The translations under genes were made by a program, and so were the position numbers. Below are positions 1 to 4,690 of a stretch of 4,690 nucleotides of DNA, piece by piece (the stretch's first letter is position 1; each line of letters starts with the position of its first letter). A model generated the notes under the pieces. It did no database searches, was not told the DNA's origin, and worked only from the letters and a program-made list of their open reading frames with translations. This stretch comes from a virus (Duplodnaviria > Heunggongvirae > Uroviricota > Caudoviricetes), in the IMG/VR virus record IMGVR_UViG_2565956720_000008. One strand, given 5' to 3'.

Positions 1-28
1 TCTGGATATCTTAAGAAACTGACAGGCC

Positions 29-307
29 TCATCGAGTGTGAGGCTGTATGATTCCATGGTTACCTCTGCTTTTTGAACGCATGTCACGTAACTTCTTAAT
101 GTGTTCTGCCGTTTCGATCTCTTCTGCTATCCGATCTGCATCAGCTTTATTCACAGGTTCAAAGTCATGATTAAAGCGGAACATGCTGGCGATACATGTT
201 CTGCCTTTTCGGATGTAGTGAACTTTGTTGTGGGTAGAACGCAGGATTTTGCAGGGAGTGCCGTGGTGGTCGACGTACCAGGTGTTAGGCAAAATGATTC
301 TGAACAT
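29..307 (-). CDS. hypothetical small phage protein (92 aa) with a His/Cys-containing N-terminal half
   Basis: Minus-strand ORF with ATG at 307 preceded by a GAGGTG Shine-Dalgarno 5 nt upstream (minus strand reads GAGGTGTAAAAATG). Protein-like composition; the overlapping plus-strand ORF 101..334 looks like a shadow frame. No family recognised by eye. Confidence 0.55.
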   Translation of the reverse strand: MFRIILPNTWYVDHHGTPCKILRSTHNKVHYIRKGRTCIASMFRFNHDFEPVNKADADRIAEEIETAEHIKKLRDMRSKSRGNHGIIQPHTR

Positions 308-354
308 TTTTACACCTCAGTTGGACGATGTTGAAATTTGCTCCTTTGAGGTCA

Positions 355-573
355 TCACAATCCCCATTGTTTGTTCTTAAGTTCGATCTCCTCCTGGCAA
401 CTTGCACAAGTCCGACAACCCTGAACAGCCAGGCGTCTTCGCTCATCTATCGGATCGCCACATTCACAACAATGAGTTGCGGATACAGTCTGGTAGTTCA
501 GACGACGCATTTTTATTGCTGTATTGCGCTGTAATTCTTCGATTTCTGATGCTGAATCAATGATGTCTGCCAT
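355..573 (-). CDS. TraR/DksA-family C4-type zinc-finger protein (72 aa), phage-encoded
   Basis: Translation contains C-x2-C-x17-C-x2-C-Q (CCECGDPIDERRRLAVQGCRTCASCQ), matching the TraR/DksA/YbiI zinc-finger signature (compare the YbiI-type motif CEECG.PIP.ARR...C..CQ as I recall it). Size is typical of phage TraR homologues. Start-site RBS is weak (GGGA about 10 nt upstream). Confidence 0.8.
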   Translation of the reverse strand: MADIIDSASEIEELQRNTAIKMRRLNYQTVSATHCCECGDPIDERRRLAVQGCRTCASCQEEIELKNKQWGL

Positions 574-620
574 CTTTCATTAATCCCTGAATTGTTGGTT
601 AATACGCTTGAGGGTAAATG

Positions 621-649
621 CGAATAATAAAAAAGGAGCCTGTAGCTCC
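621..649 (-). terminator. candidate rho-independent terminator for the upstream minus-strand gene pair
   Basis: Inverted repeat GGAGC (635-639) / GCTCC (645-649) with a 5-nt loop. On the minus-strand transcript the hairpin is immediately followed by UUUUUUAUUAUU (plus-strand A-run 621-634). It lies just after the stop of the 672..953 ORF. Stem is short (5 bp), so moderate confidence only. Confidence 0.4.
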
Positions 650-671
650 CTGATGATTTTGCTTTTCATGT

Positions 672-953
672 TCACCGTTCCTTAAAGACGCCGTTCAACA
701 TGCCGATCGCCAGGCTTAAATGAGTCGGTGTGAATCCCATCAGCGTTACCGTTTCTCGGTGCTTCTTTAGTACGCTACGGCAAATGTCATCGACGTTTTT
801 ATCCGGAAACTGCTGTCTAGCTTTTTTGATTTCAGAATTAGCCTGACGGGCAATGCTGCGAAGGGCGTTTTCTTGCTGAGGTGTCACTGAACAAGCCCCA
901 TGTCGGCAAGCATAAGCACACATAATATGAAGCCCGCTGCCAGAAATATGCAT
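672..953 (-). CDS. hypothetical basic small protein (93 aa, or 83 aa from the alternative ATG at 923) with an N-terminal Cys cluster
   Basis: Minus-strand ORF whose start lies 10 nt after the stop of the 964..1155 ORF, suggesting an operon. C-terminal two-thirds looks protein-like (K/R-rich). No clear Shine-Dalgarno before either candidate ATG, so the start is uncertain. Family not recognised. Confidence 0.5.
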   Translation of the reverse strand: MHISGSGLHIMCAYACRHGACSVTPQQENALRSIARQANSEIKKARQQFPDKNVDDICRSVLKKHRETVTLMGFTPTHLSLAIGMLNGVFKER

Positions 954-963
954 TCAGTGGTTG

Positions 964-1155
964 TCATACCTGGTCTCTCTCATCTGCTTCTGCTTTCGCC
1001 ACCATCATTTCCAGCTTTTGTGAAAGGGATGCGGCTAACGTATGAAATTCTTCGTCTGTTTCTACTGGTATTGGCACAAACCTGACTCCAATTTGAGCGA
1101 GGCTATGTGCCATCTCGATACACGTTCTTAACTCAACAGGAGATGCTTTGTGCAT
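964..1155 (-). CDS. hypothetical acidic small protein (63 aa)
   Basis: Minus-strand ORF with ATG at 1155 and a G-rich stretch (ACGGGGGG) 5-9 nt upstream. Acidic, amphipathic-looking sequence. First gene of a leftward two-gene unit that ends at the hairpin near 621-649. Family not recognised by eye. Confidence 0.5.
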   Translation of the reverse strand: MHKASPVELRTCIEMAHSLAQIGVRFVPIPVETDEEFHTLAASLSQKLEMMVAKAEADERDQV

Positions 1156-1348
1156 ACAGCCCCCCGTTTATTATTTATCTCCTCAGCCAGTCGCTGTGCT
1201 TTCAGGGGATTTCGGATAACAGGAAGGCCGGGAAATACCCAGCCTCGCTTTGTAACGGAGTAGACGAAAGTGATCGCGCCTACTCGGGGAAAACATCCTT
1301 TCCTGCGATACGGAGAAGAGTATCCGGGAGCGGTTTTCTGTTTACCAG

Positions 1349-1798
1349 GTGGCGGGGCAGCGTGCCGGAAACGACGATGATTTCGGTGAGGCCACCACCA
1401 CCGCGCTGCGGGCCCGCACAGAGGACGCATTTATTGCCCGTTACCGTCCGATGTATATCAGGCAGACAGGGCAGGCTACGGGGGCTGGCTGTATTGCCCG
1501 TGCTGACTTTGAAGCCCGGCAACGGGCGGCGCGGACGGATGAAACCACCTATGTGGTGCAGGGCTGGCGACAGGGTAACGGTACGCTGTGGCAGCCCAAC
1601 CAGCGGGTGATTGTCTTTGATCCGGTCTGTGGTTTCGACAATACCGAACTGCTTGTTTCGGAAGTCACGTTTACTCAGGACCAGAACGGCACCCTGACGG
1701 AAATCCGTGTCGGCCCGCCTGATGCTTATCTGCCTGAACCCGAAGCCCCCGGCGCGCGGAAAAAGAAAAAAGCCAGAGTACAGGAGGACCCGTTCTGA
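1349..1798 (+). CDS. 5'-truncated remnant of a Mu gp44 / P2 gpD-like tail (baseplate hub) protein; about 150 C-terminal residues, likely pseudogene
   Basis: Sits immediately upstream of the gp45-like gene, with its stop TGA (1796-1798) overlapping that gene's ATG, the position gp44/P holds in the Mu order. The frame is open only back to an in-frame TGA at 1271-1273, with no ATG and only a GTG at 1349. Full-length gpD/gp44 proteins are roughly 380 aa, so the N-terminal part is missing. Family assignment is by position and general C-terminal character, not by alignment. Confidence 0.55.
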   Translation: MAGQRAGNDDDFGEATTTALRARTEDAFIARYRPMYIRQTGQATGAGCIARADFEARQRAARTDETTYVVQGWRQGNGTLWQPNQRVIVFDPVCGFDNTELLVSEVTFTQDQNGTLTEIRVGPPDAYLPEPEAPGARKKKKARVQEDPF

Positions 1799-2346
1799 TG
1801 AGGACGATTGAAGCCATGCAGCGACAACTCCTCGGCCTGATTGGGCGGGCCGTGGTGAAAAGCATCAGTGCCGCCACGAAATGTCAGACCGTGGATGTGT
1901 CCCTGATTGCCGGTGAACCCAAAGCCGGGGTTGAACATCTTGAACCCTACGGTTTTACCGCAAGGGCAAACAGCGGTGCGGAAGCGGTGGTGTTGTTTCC
2001 GGATGGCGACCGTTCTCATGCGGTGGTTGTTACGGTGTCGGACCGTCGCTACCGCCTGAAAGGGCTGCAAACGGGGGAGGTGGCTGTCTATGACGATCAG
2101 GGGCAGTCCGTGACGCTGACCCGGGAGGGGATCGTGGTGGACGGTGCAGGTAAAACGATCACGTTTCGCAATGCGCCCAGAGCACGTTTTGAAATGGACC
2201 TGGAAGTGACCGGACAGGTGAAAGACCTGTGCGACTCCGGCGGCACCACCATGTCAGCGATGCGGCTTGCCTATAACGGGCATCGTCACAGAGAGAACGG
2301 TCAGGGCAGTAACACCGACAAACCTGATAAAGCGATGGAGGCATGA
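1798..2346 (+). CDS. baseplate assembly protein V-like / Mu gp45-like spike protein (182 aa)
   Basis: ATG at 1798 with GGAGG 10 nt upstream. Size and sequence character are typical of gpV/gp45 baseplate spike proteins. Position in the conserved order gp44-gp45-gp46-gp47-gp48-fibre. Confidence 0.8.
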   Translation: MRTIEAMQRQLLGLIGRAVVKSISAATKCQTVDVSLIAGEPKAGVEHLEPYGFTARANSGAEAVVLFPDGDRSHAVVVTVSDRRYRLKGLQTGEVAVYDDQGQSVTLTREGIVVDGAGKTITFRNAPRARFEMDLEVTGQVKDLCDSGGTTMSAMRLAYNGHRHRENGQGSNTDKPDKAMEA

Positions 2347-2771
2347 TGGAACTGTGGCTGACGGTGAACGGTAAACGCACCTGCGCCAGCGCACCGCTGG
2401 ATCCGCTGACCCGCGCCGTGGTGATTTCCCTGTTCACCTGGCGGCGGGCGGAGCCTGATGACAATGCCGACGTCCCGATGGGATGGTGGGGGGATACCTG
2501 GCCTGCGGTACAGAATGACCGTTACGGCTCCCGGCTGTGGCTGCTTCAGCGCAGCAAACTGACCAATCAGCTGGTGCTGACGGTAAGGGGGTATATCCGC
2601 GAATGCCTGCAATGGATGATTGATGACGGCGTGGTGTCCCGTATTGATCTGGATATCCGCCGCACCGGGATTAATGAACTGGGTAACAGTATCACTCTCT
2701 GGCGTCGTGACGGACCGGTAATGATTTCTTTTGATGATCTGTGGAGTGCGATAACGCATGGCGGACAGTGA
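2343..2771 (+). CDS. phage GP46-family baseplate protein (Mu gp46-like), about 141 aa
   Basis: Two tandem ATGs at 2343 and 2346. GGAGG at 2337-2341 favours the ATG at 2346, which overlaps the upstream stop as TGATG. Size and position match Mu gp46. Ends 14 nt inside the next gene. Confidence 0.75.
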   Translation: MMELWLTVNGKRTCASAPLDPLTRAVVISLFTWRRAEPDDNADVPMGWWGDTWPAVQNDRYGSRLWLLQRSKLTNQLVLTVRGYIRECLQWMIDDGVVSRIDLDIRRTGINELGNSITLWRRDGPVMISFDDLWSAITHGGQ

Positions 2772-3816
2772 ATTTCAGCGCCCGACGCTGGCAGAAAATA
2801 TCAGTATGCTCCGTAACGATTTATTCGCCAGGCTGGACGTCAGCGACACGCTCCGGCGCATGGATGAAGACGTGCGGGCAAAGGTGTATGCGGCGGCGCT
2901 GCATACGGTTTACGGGTACATCGATTATCTGGCAATGAACATGCTGCCTGACCTGTGCGATGAGTCCTGGCTGGCGCGACATGCTGCGATGAAACGGTGT
3001 CCGCGCAAGGGGGCCACGGCTGCCAGCGGGTATATGCGCTGGGAAGGTGTCAGCGATGGCCTGAAGGTGACCGCCGGGAGTGTTATTCAGCGCGATGACC
3101 TGGTTCAGTATACTGCAACTGCCGATGCAACCAGCTCCGGTGGTGTCCTGCGCGTGCCGATCGCCTGCTCAAATGCAGGCGCGGTCGGTAACGCTGACGA
3201 CGGTACGGCATTAATCCTGGTCACGCCGGTGAATGGTCTGCCGTCTTCCGGTGTGGCTGACACCCTGACAGGCGGATTTGATACTGAAGAGCTGGAAACG
3301 TGGCGCGCCCGCGTCATTGAGCGGTATTACTGGACGCCGCAGGGCGGGGCTGACGGGGACTATGTCGTCTGGGCTAAAGAAGTGCCCGGCATTACCCGCG
3401 CATGGACATACCGTCACTGGATGGGAACGGGAACTGTCGGTGTGATGATTGCCAGCAGTGACCTGATTAATCCCATTCCGGAAGAATCAACGGAAACGGC
3501 GGCAAGACAACATATCGAGCCACTGGCCCCGGTGGCAGGCTCTGATTTGTATGTGTTCAGGCCGGTGGCACATACGGTGGATTTTCATATCCGCGTGACG
3601 CCGGATACACCAGAAATACGGGCTGCCATCACCGCGGAGTTGCGTTCGTTCCTGCTGCGTGATGGTTATCCGCAGGGAGAACTGAAGGTATCGCGTATCA
3701 GTGAGGCGATTTCCGGTGCGAACGGGGAATACAGCCATCAGTTGCTTGCACCGGCAGACAATATCTCCATTGCAAAAAATGAACTGGCGGTTCTGGGGAC
3801 GATTTCATGGACGTGA
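2758..3816 (+). CDS. baseplate J-like protein (Mu gp47 / P2 gpJ family), 352 aa
   Basis: Long ORF with uniform coding character and high GC. Length and position between the gp46-like and gp48-like genes match the baseplate J wedge protein. Start overlaps the upstream gene and stop overlaps the downstream gene (translational coupling). Confidence 0.85.
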   Translation: MADSEFQRPTLAENISMLRNDLFARLDVSDTLRRMDEDVRAKVYAAALHTVYGYIDYLAMNMLPDLCDESWLARHAAMKRCPRKGATAASGYMRWEGVSDGLKVTAGSVIQRDDLVQYTATADATSSGGVLRVPIACSNAGAVGNADDGTALILVTPVNGLPSSGVADTLTGGFDTEELETWRARVIERYYWTPQGGADGDYVVWAKEVPGITRAWTYRHWMGTGTVGVMIASSDLINPIPEESTETAARQHIEPLAPVAGSDLYVFRPVAHTVDFHIRVTPDTPEIRAAITAELRSFLLRDGYPQGELKVSRISEAISGANGEYSHQLLAPADNISIAKNELAVLGTISWT

Positions 3817-4391
3817 CAAACGATGATTACATCCGTCTGTTGTCGGCACTGTTGCCCCCCGGTCCGGCGTGGTCAGCCAGCGATCCGGCGATTGCCGGTG
3901 CGGCACCGTCATTAACCCGCGTTCATCAGCGTGCGGATGCCCTGATGCGGGAGCTGGATCCGCGCACCACCACTGAACTGATAAACCGCTGGGAGCGTCT
4001 GTGCGGTCTGCCGGATGAATGTATTCCGGCAGGGACGCAGACCCTTCGCCAGCGTCAGCAACGGCTGGATGCGAAGGTTAACCTGGCGGGCGGCATCAAC
4101 GAGAATTTTTATCTTGCACAGCTTGCTGCCCTGGGCAGACCAGACGCTACCATCACGCGATACGACAAAAGCACGTTCACCTGCTCATCGGCCTGTACTG
4201 ACGCGGTGAATGCGCCGGAATGGCGGTATTACTGGCAGGTCAACATGCCAGCCGCCACAAACACCACCTGGATGACATGTGGCGATCCCTGTGATTCCGC
4301 GCTGCGTATCTGGGGCGACACCGTTGTCGAGTGTGTGCTTAACAAACTCTGCCCGTCGCATACCTACGTAATTTTTAAATATCCGGAGTAA
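3807..4391 (+). CDS. ymfQ: phage tail protein, Mu gp48 / P2 gpI-like, DUF2313 (YmfQ-like), 194 aa
   Basis: 194-aa ORF directly between the J-like gene and the tail-fibre gene. Length and context match e14 YmfQ-type proteins. The symbol is assigned by homology and context from memory and is not verified by alignment. Confidence 0.8.
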   Translation: MDVTNDDYIRLLSALLPPGPAWSASDPAIAGAAPSLTRVHQRADALMRELDPRTTTELINRWERLCGLPDECIPAGTQTLRQRQQRLDAKVNLAGGINENFYLAQLAALGRPDATITRYDKSTFTCSSACTDAVNAPEWRYYWQVNMPAATNTTWMTCGDPCDSALRIWGDTVVECVLNKLCPSHTYVIFKYPE

Positions 4392-4395
4392 TCCA

Positions 4396-4690
4396 TGCAT
4401 CGTATAGACACGAAAACCGCGCAGAAGGATAAGTTCGGCGCGGGTAAGAACGGTTTTACCCGTGGTAACCCCCAGACCGGCACACCTGCCACCGATCTGG
4501 ATGATGACTACTTTGATATGTTGCAGGAAGAACTCTGCAGCGTGGTGGAGGCATCCGGTGCCAGCCTGGAGAAGGAGAGGCACGACCAGCTGCTTACTGC
4601 GCTTCGTGCGCTGCTGTTAAGCCGCAAGAATCCGTTTGGTGATATCAAATCGGATGGCACGGTGAAAACGGCTCTCGAAAACCTTGGTTT
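4396..4690 (+). CDS. side tail fibre protein, N-terminal constant (baseplate-attachment) region; partial, continues past the window end
   Basis: ATG at 4396 with GGAG 6 nt upstream. Translation begins [47 protein letters not shown]..., the conserved N-terminus of Mu S / P2 H / e14 Stf-type fibres. Not in the supplied ORF track because it has no stop inside the window. Confidence 0.85.
4672..4690 (+). other. putative DNA-invertase (Hin/Gin/Cin/Pin family) crossover site, left half plus core and start of right half; truncated by the window end
   Basis: Sequence CTCTCGAAAACC-TT-GGTTT matches the left 12-bp half-site of hixL-type sites (TTCTTGAAAACC, 10 of 12 identical) followed by a 2-bp core and the GGTTT start of the inverted right half-site; the reference site is quoted from memory. 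It lies about 92 codons into the tail-fibre gene, where the constant/variable junction of invertible fibre segments is expected. Confidence 0.45.

Noticed and set aside
306-351. Inverted repeat ACCTCA ... TGAGGT between the 92-aa ORF and the TraR-like gene
   Set aside because: The loop is about 34 nt and there is no adjacent T-tract; unlikely to be a terminator and more likely incidental or part of the RBS region.
101-534. Plus-strand ORFs 101..334 and 328..534 from the six-frame track
   Set aside because: They lie antisense to the better-supported minus-strand genes (92-aa ORF and TraR-like gene), have odd low-complexity or hydrophobic composition and no RBS; judged shadow frames.
574-620. 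Possible sigma-70 promoter for the TraR-like gene (TTTACC / TATTAA-like hexamers on the minus strand)
   Set aside because: The spacer between the candidate hexamers is about 8 nt, far from the 16-18 nt optimum; no convincing promoter could be defined by eye.
900-1610. Plus-strand ORFs 900..1085 and 1107..1610
   Set aside because: Both overlap the minus-strand small genes or the intergenic junction and run out of frame into the gp44-like fragment; the translations are Pro/Arg/Leu-rich and not protein-like. Likely GC-driven open frames.
1760-1772. A-rich run GAAAAAGAAAAAAG encoding KKKK near the end of the gp44-like fragment, considered as a frameshift or slippage site
   Set aside because: The A6 run is not in the X_XXY_YYZ register for the reading frame, is too short for efficient transcriptional slippage, and I could see no downstream stimulatory structure; it is more simply a lysine-rich C-terminal tail.
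2741-4209. Plus-strand alternative-frame ORFs 2741..2938 and 4015..4209
   Set aside because: They are embedded out of frame inside the J-like and gp48-like genes, with basic, low-complexity translations; no support as independent genes.
1128-4583. Minus-strand ORFs in the GC-rich region (1128..1430, 1280..1522, 1671..1877, 1726..2070, 2159..2464, 2301..2759, 3105..3317, 3211..3417, 3487..3738, 4185..4583)
   Set aside because: All are antisense to the continuous, translationally coupled plus-strand baseplate operon, and are Arg/Pro/Gly/His-rich as expected for reverse frames of high-GC coding DNA.
1-4690. CRISPR arrays, tRNA or rRNA genes, insertion-sequence terminal repeats
   Set aside because: I saw no regularly spaced direct repeats, no tRNA-like features and no transposase-like ORFs or terminal inverted repeats on reading the window.

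Overview
This window reads as a mosaic prophage region of the Mu/e14-like type, probably from an enterobacterium; all calls rest on reading the translations by eye, with no database search run. Positions 29-1155 carry four small genes on the minus strand in lower-GC DNA: a recognisable TraR/DksA-type zinc-finger protein and three hypothetical proteins. Positions 1349-4690 carry a tightly packed, GC-rich plus-strand late operon: a 5'-truncated gp44/gpD-like fragment, then intact gp45 (V-like spike), gp46, gp47 (baseplate J-like), gp48 (YmfQ-like) and the start of a side tail-fibre gene. The tail-fibre reading frame contains what looks like a Hin/Gin/Pin-family invertase crossover site, cut by the window edge. 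No sheath, tube or tape-measure gene sits upstream of the baseplate genes, so the element looks defective or rearranged. I found no tRNA, rRNA or CRISPR array. I cannot support a clearly novel system; the most open question is the function of the small minus-strand genes.
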